Source: Daphnia carinata (lineage: Eukaryota). Taken from it: a DNA stretch of 64,000 nucleotides. Positions 1 through 12,360 of the stretch are shown piece by piece. The notes under the pieces are model-generated. The model worked only from the letters and a program-made list of their open reading frames with translations. It had not been told where the DNA came from and did not search any database. Each line of letters starts with the position of its first letter. The first letter of the stretch is position 1. The stretch spans positions 12,834,001 through 12,898,000 of the forward strand of contig NC_081331.1 of the NCBI RefSeq assembly GCF_022539665.2, written 5' to 3'. Position numbers and translations under genes: made by a program.

Positions 1-2695
1 AAAACTGTTCCGCTTCATTCTTTTTCATCCAAATAGGTATTTCGTCGGCACGATACAAATACCTCCTTTGACTCTTTTATAAAACAACACTTTTTTTAAA
101 AAAGATGAATGGATTCAAAAACAAATCTTCTTCAACATGGGAGATTTACCAACAGGTGAAACACGAATCTCTTTTTCCCTTTCTTTCAAAATGTTTCATT
201 GTGCAAAAGGATTACAGGATGTGTTAGCGGTACGGCAATAACTCTTCGCAATCAAATTTAGGATCTTACCATGCTGACCACTTGACGAAAACATTTCAGA
301 CACGAATTGAATAAATGCTTTACCACCGTTAGGCAAATCGTGCAGACGCTGCATCTATTATGCTCTGACCGATCAAACATGTACCCGTATTTCGCTTCTA
401 CACAGTTATGATTCGATTCACATACGAGTTGTGTTTTATTTCGCTCGACAGTAAACTGTGAATGTACGCGGAAATCACGGATGTCTCAAATTTAATATTG
501 CCTTGTTTTCGAATTGAGTGCAGAACGGGTGTAATGACGCGTAACTATCGGCAATGACGCAAGAACGCAAAGTCTGGAACTGGGAACGATCGAGAAAAGT
601 TCCAGAGCATAAACAGGTGCCCCATTCTTTTTTGTCACTTTTCCATTTCGAATAATGTAAACTACATGTGTGAAGAATTTCGAGTTTTTCTTTTTTCACT
701 CGGAAAAGTAGGAAGCGACGCTCTCGGCTCTATTTTTTATTGATTCAAAATCCGTTAGAAGGGGAGAGAGAGAGTCATTATGAGCACCTATTACCACCAA
801 TCTTGATGGCATATGAAAGTTTTCTGTAGAAAAAAATTTCAAAAAGTGAACGCCATGTTGCATACCGTTACGGTGCAAAAGGACGTGCCCATCTGTCGCT
901 TCTTCATTCCATACAGAAGATAGATCCCCCCACCAACAAAAACGAATATAATAACATGTTTTCTTTTCAAGTTTTCAGTTTCGACTACGGGAAAAATGGT
1001 CAACCTTCAAAATAAATTTCATTCAACAAATTTAGAGTTCTTTCGGTAAAAAAAAAAAAAAAAAAAATATAGTTAATTTGGCTAAATCTACAGTGTTTTC
1101 TAAATCTGAGTATCTCTTAGAATTATCTTAAAAATAAAACGAAAATCTGTTCCTAGAGGGAAGAAAAACAAATGTATATGTGGGCTAATTCTCGGGAACA
1201 CGAAAAAAGCTGATTTTTCTTTTCCCTCTATGCTATTATTTTGATTATCTGGAACTACCAGAAGAAGCGAGAATTACTTTTCCACACTTTGGGTAAAAAA
1301 AAATAAGTTAACATCTATTCCTATTCCGGGAATACAATACCCTCGGACTTAGGTAACCTCTTAGCATAATCGAGATATTATACGGCCACGTTTGCCTCGG
1401 GTGTGGACGAACTATGCCCGACCTTTTCTCATCATAGCCTAAATCAATACGGGTACCGATGTAATGAATATTTAACAACCCCTTTCTATACATCCTGAAA
1501 GATAACGCAGTGGAAGTCTTAAGGGGTGCTACTATTTATCGACGAATTAGATTTAGGCAAGGGACTACTGTCTTCAAATTAAAAATGGAGAAACGTGGGA
1601 CTTACCACTTAGGAGTTCGGGTGGGTACAAGTGATTTTCATCTTTCGTGTAAGAACACTTCAATTTTTGCAGAGTGATGATTACGAACAGCTGAGCGAAA
1701 GTGCAGCCACGAAAATGTTGGTCCCGATGTTAACGACAATAATTTATCCATCTGAAAAGTTGTCGAAAAGAAACTTATTTGTTGGGGCAGAGGTAGCTCG
1801 TATTCGTAGGCTCGTAAAATAATATTATGGTACCATTGCCGGAAAAGAACAAAAGAGTTGTTCCAAGCTGTTGACCAGGAACCATGAGGCTTTTTTCAAG
1901 TCCCAATGGCAATTTTGCTTTTACCACTGGGAACGATTTTTCGATGACCGAGCTGCTGGCGATAAAAGAAAGATGGCTTTCTAAGGTGCGTTGCAAAAAT
2001 CACTACGAATATAAAATGATCTGTAGCCAAAAGCATCTAGTTAGTTTTCAACCTAAAGGTAAAAGATTTCTGACAACTTACAAACTGCACGTTCTGTTGG
2101 CTTCATTTTGTTGTGTGACACTGACAACACGTTTTTATGATTTCCGCATAAACAAGATCGAGTGGACGATCTGACGTTGTTATTCTGTTTAACGGTAGAT
2201 GAGATGCTGGCTAGAAGTTACGATGATCCTTCGTTTCGGTTCAAGGAATATCGTGAGCCACATGCTTCTCTTCTTCTGAATTTCAAGTCTATCACCACTC
2301 TTCACGACCCTATGACAGATGGTTCAATCAATTGCTTCGTTTGCCATCATCTTTCCAGAATTTCCTTTTTTTAAATCAAGAGTTGTAAAAATGCAAAGTG
2401 CTGTAAACATTTTGTGTCCGTTATGGCTAGAAAATAGATACATATGTTCTCGTCATATTGTACTGTTTGTTTGGCGTTCTTTGATTTCAAATAGGCAGTT
2501 TTCAGATCATTAGAAACAATAACTACAGTCAGTAAGAAAAGATGGTTTCAGGCAAAAGAAACAAAAGACGTTGCACCATACGTTGCACCAAAGAAAACGA
2601 CACTGCGCCACCTGAGGAGTGAAGCTGCAACTATTTTTATTGAAAAGTTTTTGTGTTTGTCTTTTGTTTTTCCTCGATCGAAGTAATTAAATGAA

Positions 2696-3267
2696 ATGGC
2701 CAAAGAATTTCAGTACTGTCAATGGCTTAATATTGCCGTTAGGGGAATATTTACCGAAATTGAGAAGTGTTGCAGCAACAAACAAGAAGGCGAGTTGGAA
2801 AATCACTGTACATTTGGTGCTACCACAAAACCAGGTTTGATAATGAAACCACGTGTCCTTTCTTTTTAGTAACCGAAGGTATACTAGCCAGTCTTCACAC
2901 TTTATTTCCTCTGCAATCGGTCACGGCATTGGATCTGATAGACCACCGAAGCGTGTCTCTGATGACGAGTTCTTCAGGCAATATTTTATCAAAGAAAAAG
3001 CCATGTACCTCTTCAAACAATTTTAAAATTTCAGGCAGAAAGATCTATTCCTGCCTAGGGAGCTTGGGTACACCTTATCTCATCTCCTATACTGGATTCA
3101 CTTGTACATGTCCTTCTTACCGGCACAATCTCGACGCCGAAAACTTATGGTGTCCACATCTTCTGGCCGTTCAGTTAAGTATTGCAATGGGCATTGTTCA
3201 ACAGAAGCAAGTCACTGAAGACGTTATGAAAACTATGTTGAGTGAACTCGTCATGTTTGATGACTGA
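2696..3267 (+). CDS. ZSWIM7: Zinc finger SWIM domain protein 7 (SWS1, Shu complex); 3 exons 2696-2789, 2870-2977, 3035-3267
   Basis: The spliced product reads MAKEFQYCQWL...VTEGILASLHTLF..ALDLIDHRSVSLMTSSSGRKIYSCLGSLGTPY...CTCPSY...LWCPHLLAV. It has the SWIM CxC...CxH motif and resembles ZSWIM7 as I recall it (ALDLVD..SGRRVYQVLGS..CSCPAF..CKHLLAV). Both introns need GC donors. Confidence 0.88.
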
Positions 3268-4429
3268 AACTCGTCCCACTCTTTTCTAGTAGAGTATTTT
3301 TATTTATTTGAATTTGTCATTCAACCATGTTGGAATATTTAAGGAAGCTTACCAGAAGAAGAATGCAGAACTTGCAAACCAATAAACTTCTATTTCTGAC
3401 TTCTAATTTATCAAAACACGTGGGACATGAATGAATGAGGATTAAGAAAAATTTTTTAAGAAACCCATTTATCCCTTGGAAAAAACAAAAACAAAATTAT
3501 TCTATCAACCAAAGTCCGATCATTGGCAGAGGAACATACACAACATACGAGACAATGTCAGGATTTGGAAGGGAGAGAAAAGAGTTTAGGGCAAGCATCA
3601 GAGGGTCATCAATTTAGAGAGAACTATGGGGATTACAAGTGAAGATTTTGAATGTTTCTTAAGACTTTGATTCACGCATCCACATCAGCTAATCTCTGTT
3701 TTTTTCTTATGCTGTTTACTTATCAAGAAAAATTTCAAAGGAGGGGGGGGGGAAGAAAAGAAAACCCAAGTAAATAAACTAAGGCATACGGTTTATATTT
3801 ACACGAAACAGCCAACGGATTCTTGGACCATCAAACATTCACGCCCTCGGAGGCACTATAGAAAAAAGCCGCATGGGTGAGGGACGGGGGGATGTCTAAA
3901 TGGATTCAAATGAAAGTTTCCTATTCGATGATTGAAAAGTAGTTGAAATCTTCGTGGTGGCAAAAAAAGTAAATGGGTGGAGAGACAAGAGAGCTAGTAA
4001 TCACCCAATTTTTCACAAGTCGTTCTGATTTGAACCAAATTGTTGGTTTGATCTACCAACAGCAAAAGACAGGAGCTGTTGTGGTGGAAGTTGATAACTA
4101 GGGTGAACAAAGGGTCGAGTGAGCAGCCCGAACACCAGAAAAAAATGATAGTTTCCAATTAATCAGGACTTTCAACAACAAAGTCTTGCCTCGTAAATGA
4201 TGATTCAACTTGGTCCGGATTAATATTCAACACGGGAAAAAAATTCCAAAAATATCAAGATCCTGAATAATCGCTCGCAAAAGATTAGTATGATAATAAT
4301 AATTAATAAACCTGACGACCGAAAACCCGAATGCATCCAAAGTGCGCTTTTTACGTAAATAAAAAAAAAAAAATATATGTTACGGGATTTAACATGACGG
4401 TTCGTGTTTTTTTTTTTTTGCAATTTAAG

Positions 4430-6052
4430 CTAATTGGAGACCAGTTGAGGTTCGACCCATTGAGCCACGCCTCGGTTGACCAGCTGCCTGTTGATGAGTG
4501 TTTCCTCTGCCGAGTCCATTTGATAGAGGTAGACAAGTGGCAAACCTTCAAGACTGTAAGCCATTGCTTGGCCCTGGAAGATTTTGTCTCTCGTCAGACT
4601 CTCCAACTCTTCGTATGCTTCAGCCGTCCAACCTTCTTCTGTGAAAAACATATTGATAAATTTTATAGAAAATTTTACTTAAATAACGTTTCTTGTGAAT
4701 TTTACCTGACACTGGGGCGACATTTGCTAACAGACATTCGATGGCTTGGAAAGGTAGCGTCATGAAGTCTGCACGGATTTGACGTAGAGATGAGGCCGGC
4801 ACTCTGCTGTATCCACCGTAGTCGACAAAACAAATATCTACGTCATATTCGTCTTCGTTTTCAGAGATTTCCAATGCTGGATCGAAAACCGCTACTGTGT
4901 TTGCAGTGTAATCAACGTCTCCTGTTACTTCTCGCTTTTCATCGTTTTCGGTTACAGCTACATGAGACGCTCTCGGATACACAGCCACAACTTTGGCTCT
5001 GTACCAGCCGTCCATAGAAGGAGCGGCGCAGACCATGCTTGGTCGAATTGGAGTAGGCAAGCCCGGTGTGACAAACTCGTTGTAACACTGCGCCATGCAG
5101 TGGTCGAGCCGGGCAAGTGATGGGTAAGTGGGATGAGTAATTTGCTGAAGGAAAATATGGTTTGGTGCCACAACGGCACTGATCATGACATCACAACTCA
5201 CTTCGGGGGGAAGCAACAACTGCATGCGAATTTTTAAAAATTGTAATTTAAAGAAAATATACAACACTGATTACGATATTACCTGAATGGAATCGGGCAA
5301 AACAGGTTGAATCGCTGCTGTTTCTGGAGCTACGTTTATCTGTGCCATAGTAATATTAGGGTAGCGTTTTGTTGGAAATTTCGCGCGTATCAACACTAGA
5401 GCAGCATCAATTTCACTCTTTGTGCCTAAATATTCAGGGGACAATGAAGACGCTAGAACAACTGAAATAACTATACAAACTTACCTTCAATAGCGCACAG
5501 TTTGTAGCGCCGATCGCGATCTTTTATCAACAAACTTGCACCCGTTTTGGCCTTGATATGATTAACGAAAGCTCCAAATTTTCCTATAAGCAAACCCACC
5601 AAAGCCTGGGGTATTTCGAACTCGTAGACGAAAAGTCGTTCCGGCAGGGGGGCCAAGGCGGCGGTCGGGTGATGCGGCGACAGCGGTGGCGTAATCACGT
5701 CGAAGCGCGACGATGCATGATGGTCACCATTGGTGTTGGCACAGTCCGAACCACCTTTGCCACTGTCGTTCGAACTCTGTAAAATTGAGAAGTTATCAGA
5801 TCCAAAAATCGTTTCTTAATTATTTTCTATTTGAACTGTATATACCTCGCTGTGTGAATCCGAATGTAAATTTCCTGTCAAGAAGTCAGAAGGGCTGTGA
5901 TTGGCTGAATCGCGGTCCGGGATCTCAGCCTCTTCACCATTGATTGGCGATTTTGCAGGCTGTTGAACCACTTTAAGCTGTTCCATGGTAGAGACAAGCT
6001 GTGAAACCGAATTAACCGAACAGTCGATTTCTGCGTCTGCTGCTGCTGCCAT
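4430..6052 (-). CDS. AKAP1: AKAP1/spoonbill-like KH + Tudor domain protein, about 454 aa; exons 6052-5846, 5776-5485, 5425-5283, 5219-4706, 4638-4430 (start codon uncertain)
   Basis: KH domain YEFEIPQALVGLLIGKFGAFVNHIKAKTGA; Tudor domain QQITHPTYPSLARLD...WYRAKVV...FVDYGGY..LRQIRADFMTLPFQAIEC; C-terminus INRQLVNRGVAQW; N-terminal DSANHSP and SSNDSGKGGS motifs. All GT-AG junction phases are consistent. Confidence 0.85.
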
Positions 6053-8842
6053 TATAATCTTGTAGATATTTTCCTTCTCTTTCGACTCAAAGTTGCACGT
6101 TGCTGGACGTACACTGCACTCAGACCAAGTGTCACTGATGCGATCGCAAAAGCGCAACACTTGAGCTTCAAGCTCCAGTCCATCCAATGATACACTGGTG
6201 AGGGGAAAGGGGTGCTCCAGTACTGTATACATACAAAAGTGGGTTAGCTTTGAAACCAAATAATCTTATCAGATATGTACTGATTGACCATACAGATAAA
6301 AAAAAACATGACAGTACAGTAACTCTACTCACTCAAAGTAACTTAAAAAAACAAACATACAAGCTTTCGATGCAAACTGAAACTTGTTCTCAAGATGGAT
6401 GAAACCTCATTCACAACCAACACAATGGCAACGCAAGTACTTATACAGCTCCTTTAACTTATCTAATGCACCAATGGTAACTATGAAACAATTCAAATTA
6501 ATCATCCACATGCGAAGGAATAACTGGAAAAAAAGATGAAAGATAACTTTTTAAAGAAAGGTAATTAGTACAAATCATCATAGCCTTGACAGCATGGCTC
6601 AAGATAAATTTTATATAGAAGCACAACAAATATGATTCCAAACTACGCATACTAAATGAATGTTAGAAAAGCAAACGACAAAATGCGTTAATACAGAAAA
6701 TCACAACTTTTTACCCCCGTCCATATGGAAATTGGGTAACGTTTACTCACACCTCATGCTTTCCAATTGTTTGTTACGAACAAATTAATACAAAAAAAGT
6801 GTGAATGTAAAGTTACCTGGAATTCAGAATTTAAAACGCCACTTCTTCAAAAGCCAAAATTTAACCAAAGTGACAACCAATGGATATTCCAATAATCAAC
6901 TAGACGAGCAGCCCTTTGTAAGGAATCGTTTTACCACGCTGCCACGTGTGTACCAGTCGGCCATTAGACTGACTAGGTGCTGTCGAAACGGAAGGTTTAC
7001 CTTCTCAAAAAATCATTAGACACGTAAAATAAATAAATTTAAATTCGAGTCATTAATTATAATTGTTTAGGACTGGATGAAAGTTTTAATAAAACGAAAG
7101 TATAAATTTCAATATTACGATTTAGTTTCTGATTTGACCCCCGCAAATTCACGTGGCGATTGAAGCACATCTAGCGTCCAAACCAAAACTATTACGGCAA
7201 ACAAAATTCACCATAAAAGAAGGCCACGCGACATCTATTATTTACCTCGTTGCTGTTAGCGAAGTTGTTAGTCTACTTTTAGAAAGGGTCGCCTTTCTCT
7301 CTGATTTACCAACTTTCGTCGAGACGAGTTTTCATTTAAACTCACGCTTAGATAGGTTATTTCATAAATTATTTCATAAAGTTATATACAAATTATCCAA
7401 CTTTGTTGTATTATATTTTAAAAATTATAATCTTACGTCTGATTTTATAGTTAAGATTTGGCATCAGTGATCTTTGTGGTGATTTACGATTATCAGAGAG
7501 ACATCTGTCGAATGCCCTAAATACAAATGTCCAAAAATTCCAGGTGGATTACCACTTCTGGCGAATAACGTAAAACCAATCTTGTTCGACCTTCAAAATT
7601 TTTATTTTCACTTCATTAGTGTTTAGTAAAGGATCCCCAAAGTGGGAGGTCGTTGAGGACAAAGACCTGTCCAATTAGTCTTCTAGTATTTGATACACCC
7701 TTCTCCCCCTATCTCTTTTTTTTTTTTTACTAAGATCGACTTAAGAGACAAAATGGAGATCGTGCAATTAGTTCAGTTAAAGCTTAGCTTCTTATTATAA
7801 CACTTGACAGTTTAGAATCCTAGTTCATGAGCTATACAACGAAAGTAATTATTTGTGTACAAACAATCAAAAACGTGTTTATTTCTTCTGCGAAAGAACA
7901 ATCAGTGACCAAAGGCGTTGCAAATCTGAGACAAAGATCAACTTGAGAAAGAGGGGAGGGGAACTGAAAATATGGGATGTTTCGGACTGGCGATTATTAC
8001 GGTGACAAGAAATCATAGACTGAACAATAAGAAAAAAAAAAAAATAATTGTAATCAGAGATGAGAATGGGAACTGAAAAACTGAAATTCGAGGAAAACAT
8101 GGCAACAGCAAAGCAAACAATGAGAAAACAAAATCTTCTCCCCTCGAAATATTTCTTTTGTTTTCAGATATTTAGGGACGAAACGACGACTTCTTCCTCC
8201 ACCCTGGGAACACATCGCCGTAATCACACTACAATGTAAGAACGTTCACATCGTCACCGACTAGACAACACGTTTTTTCCTATGTCAAAATACAGCCCGC
8301 TATCGATGTAAGAGACATGATTTCTCTACATCTGGAAAACGTCTTGGATTAATATAATGATTTTTTTGTGGCATTTGTGTTTTACTGTAGAGGCGGCGGG
8401 ACTTCTACGGCGTTTAACCTCCTCTTTTTCCTCTCCGTCACGTTCAGTTTCGTCAACATCCGCACAACGCACCGTCAAAGGGGAAAAGAAAATCACAGAC
8501 GCAAGGCCTCCGGAGGGTGTCAGCTTAAATGATGTACGCCGTAACCCAATAGAAAAAAGCGAAGCTGACGACAATCGCAATGATATTTACGATTATCCAA
8601 TATCAGCTACAGCTTGGACCTTGTCAAATTTTTCTCCTTTGAATGTGCGGTGGTGGCCTGCCGTTCGTTTTAGTTACTCTTTTTTATATATCAGCAAACA
8701 AGAAATGTGCGATCAATCGGCGCCCAAGTCGTTTCTACAATCTTTGGGGAGGAAGAGAAGGAGGAGAGAGAGAAAGAAAAATTACACTTTGTACAGTTGG
8801 GTTACTTCACAAGCCTCGGATCGAACAGTATAGGGGGAGGAA

Positions 8843-11638
8843 TCACTCGATCACGACGTAAGGCAATAAATGGAGAGGATCTCCATGGTAGGAGGCGACC
8901 GTAAGAGTTTCGTGCCAACTGTGGAATTCGCCGATTTTGTCATGCGTGCCATTCACGCCATCCACTTGCCCGTTGTGCAGAAGTTCGACGTCCTCATCAG
9001 TCACCTAGTGAAATAACAGGACAGAATTCAGACCCGATTGCGTTCCATACACTAATCATAAATATTTATTACTGGACGCTTGGATGTGGTGGAATCCCTT
9101 TCCTCCGTTTCTTGTTCAGCGATTTCTTCTTTCCACATGGAAGCGACAACTGAAGGATCGAGTGGAGGTAGGCGAGCATAAATTTCCGCCACTGGATCGC
9201 TAATGGCGGAGGTAGCTTTGGTCTTGTTAACGATGCTACTCGTGATGGTGCTGTCATCGTTACGACGATCAGTCGAATGTGACCGGAAAAATTTATCTAA
9301 GAGCTCCTGTTTGGCGTCGGGCCACTGCCGGGCTTCACTTGAAGCCGGTATGGCTCCAGGTTGTTGCTGATGCACAGACTGAACTTCAGATTTAACTACT
9401 AAATTCGGTGAGCCACTTCGACGTGCCAAATCTTCTAGCAGCTCCTGCGTTGTTTTAACCTACGGGTAGAATCCGGATTGTAGTTAAAGGTGTTCTGTAA
9501 AGGAAGCCAATACGCCATTTACCTTAGACACCCTAGCGATTGAGGCGAATTTTTCTCTGAGTACATCACTAGGTGGTTCGGGTTTGACATTTGTATCTAT
9601 CTTGCTTCTTGCACGGGGAGGCCTGGACGCTTTTGACGAGGAAGAAACAGAGCGATCCTCTCCACCACCTAAGGCGCTGTGGTTTGTCATCCGCAGCGAG
9701 TCACCAGACCAGCTTAGGTTACTGTCCCGACTGCACTCATCGACCCAAGGCCAATCTACCCCATTACTGCCTCTTGATCGCTTTCCTGACAGCTGTTAAA
9801 ATCAAGAAAATTAATTGTTAGTTAGTTTGAACACGTAAAAATTTCAATCAAGGAAAACGATTCAGGGAGACAACCTCGAAGCCGGTCATCGTCTCTTCAT
9901 CGTTGTCTCTCGTTCGCTTTAACCCTCGGTGATGATTAGTTTTAGATGGGAACTCTGAAGATTCGATCATCGGTCGGCCAGGACCAGGACTGATCGCTTT
10001 TGACTTGACCACCAGGGAGGAAGGGGTAGATGGTCTTGACGAGTTGGAGTGTGTTTGAGAGAGGGAAAAGCTCAAACCGGGACTGGTACTGGCGTTGGAG
10101 GCCACAGAGTTGCTGGGGCTGATGACACGTTGTTGCTGAAGCTGCAAACCACCCGATGACTGAGTGGACTTTCGCTGCAATGCTGGGCTGAGGGTAACGC
10201 CGCGAAATGCCGGACTGGTGGGTGAGATTGCGAGGTTGTGAATTGGCCTCGGAAGAGCTGGACTAGCCGTTCGGCCCATCTCACACAAAGCCGGACTCGA
10301 AACTGAATTTTTCACGCCTGCTACACGCAAATGGTTCACTAAGGAAGCTCCTACAAAAATTCCAAAAAAGTTGCCAGCAAGTCCTCTATGATACTGACAG
10401 TCTTTGGCAAGCTTTTAGACCACCTTGCATGCCAGGTCCTTGACCAGTTCCTCCTGTACCATTCTCTGTTGGTTTTGATACCATATCTCGCCATCGCCTG
10501 ACCAGGTCTTTGGCTCTCCGTGCCAAACTGTCATTTTTGGTCTTCTTCCTCATCTCATTCACCAGCCTCCCCAGTCGTGTAGTCTGCACAAAACCAACCA
10601 CTAAAGTTAAATATGAAAACAATAATTCTTTTTGCACTGATTCCTCACCTCGAGAGCTTCTTTGGTAACAGCTGTCTTCTCGAGTAAGGATACTGCCTCC
10701 AACGCCAATGCCATATCCACAACCTAATAAGAACAAGATGAAATTCTTACAGAACTTGTATCACAATTTTCAATACTTAGCACAAGGAACATGGCAATGC
10801 AATGGGAATTGTGCTCTTTGCATGTTAACAAATTTTACACATTATGAAATTGTTCGCCACACTACCCATTTTGCTCGTCGAGATGATGGTCATAATTATC
10901 CGACGGAGACATAGTGTCTAACAGTTTGAACGTCAATAAGAAGTTATCAATAACCATGGGAAGCAGTAAAAATGAGTTTTATTTTTACTAATTAATTTAA
11001 TTGTAAAGATTATGGTGACGGAAAAATGAGTTGAAACAAGGTGGCAACATCGCATTGTTGGCCTCGTAGCGGAGAAGAAAGGAAGAGAAAAGAAGGCAAG
11101 GGTAAGCTAGCGAGAAGAGACTGCTTGTGCGCTTGCGCAGACAAGTTTGCGGGCTGGGGAGGGAGGACGAGTACGCGGCCCCAGTAGCGGCCGCGTCGAG
11201 GCGCCATGGACTGGCCGAGGCTTCTTCGCTGTTTTCGACGACACTTTCGGGCGCACTTAGATCGCGCTAAACGCAATCATTTTTGATTGTTTTGGGCACC
11301 ATTCGAACGATCGCAGCGAAAGCTGTGTCTTCGTGTTATTTCCATCGAGCTAGCGCGTATTTTTCCCTTTCAAAGTTTCGAAAAACGGTCGTTTCGTTTC
11401 CGTGTTCTTTCCTGTTTGCTCGCCCTTATCTGAGAGCACGTCGACAACGATGGGCAGAGCAGCAGTAGCAAAGGGAGGATTTTTAAGACGTCGGACTTAA
11501 AGGTAGTTTGGCCGCAACAGCAGTAGTGGCAACCAGTCAGCAGAGAAAACTCCTTACATGATAATCGCGGTCGAGAGCTTGCAATAATTTCTCCTTGATT
11601 TGGCTAGGCGAGTGCGGCGGCGAGGGCTGCTGCTGCAT
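8843..11638 (-). CDS. MED26: Mediator of RNA polymerase II transcription subunit 26; first exon 11638-11558, remaining exons about 10722 to 8843
   Basis: Exon 1 MQQQPSPPHSPSQIKEKLLQALDRDYH joins VVDMALALEAVSLLEKTAVTKEALE and TTRLGRLVNEMRKK..LARRAKDLVRRWR (TFIIS N-terminal/Med26 domain). The middle contains KVKTTQELL and the C-terminus reads EFHSWHETLTVASYHGDPLHLLPYVVIE*, typical of Med26_C. Confidence 0.92.
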
Positions 11639-11845
11639 TGAGGCAACAGTCGTCAGAGAGGAGAAAAAAAATTAATCTAATGGCACTGTGTGTCGGAATT
11701 CGAGAAAAAATTTAGATAAAAATGGCCAGCCTGTGCGTCAGCCAGCCCGGTGATGTCGGGTACATGCACCACTCTGAGCCCGGCCACTCCGCAGCGCCAG
11801 CTTTTTGCTTGTCCCTTCCCCTCCGTTTTCCGCCCTTCCCTCTGC

Positions 11846-11868
11846 TTTATATACTCTTCGTGACGTCA
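11846..11868 (-). promoter_or_regulatory. Putative MED26 core promoter: TATA box (TATATAAA, 11853-11846) with an adjacent CRE palindrome TGACGTCA (11861-11868)
   Basis: Both motifs are read directly, about 210 nt upstream of the MED26 ATG, in the divergent MED26/RWDD3 intergenic region. Confidence 0.5.
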
Positions 11869-12360
11869 GACGTTCTACACTACGCTATCAAGCCAAAACT
11901 ACAGTTGAATTTTTCCTGCTACCTCACCGTTAGGACACCATTTTCTATTATTTGACACATTTCATTTTGATATCTTTTTCACGACAAATGTGCGATATTG
12001 CCTTCTGATTTTTGCCTCGTAATTTGTTATTTTGATGGAACCATCATTTAAATTATAAAGGTGTTTTTTTGTAACGTTTCCTCGACGAGGTAAAGAAAAT
12101 AAAGTTCGAAGAGAAAGTTAAGTTTTGTTCTAATTCTTTTCTTAGTTATCTTTGTTGCTGCTGGGAATAAAAGTGACTAAATTTTTTAAATAAGTCGTCA
12201 GTGGGAAGAGCAACATTTTATTACCTATTTGGAGATGCAACTGCTCTGCAAGGGTATACTCTTCATATCATTTGTGTCTCTTCAACGAAAATTTTTCATA
12301 GATCTTACCCTTCCAATGTCTATGGTTTAACATAGGGAGCTCCAAGTCTACTCTGGTAGG

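Noticed and set aside
2568..2591. Short 12-nt tandem duplications (here, and TTATTTCATAAA x2 at about 7358) and homopolymer/TG runs
   Set aside because: These are ordinary slippage repeats with no spacer structure, so not CRISPR-like.
8326..8833. 158-aa plus-strand ORF and overlapping ORFs downstream of MED26
   Set aside because: They lie in or antisense to the MED26 3' UTR, have no recognisable domain and are low in complexity.
10780..11276. ATG-started segments in MED26 intron 1 as first exons, and an 88-aa Arg-rich ORF
   Set aside because: Their phases do not fit the 10722 acceptor or they contain stops. The exon at 11638-11558 matches MED26 homology.
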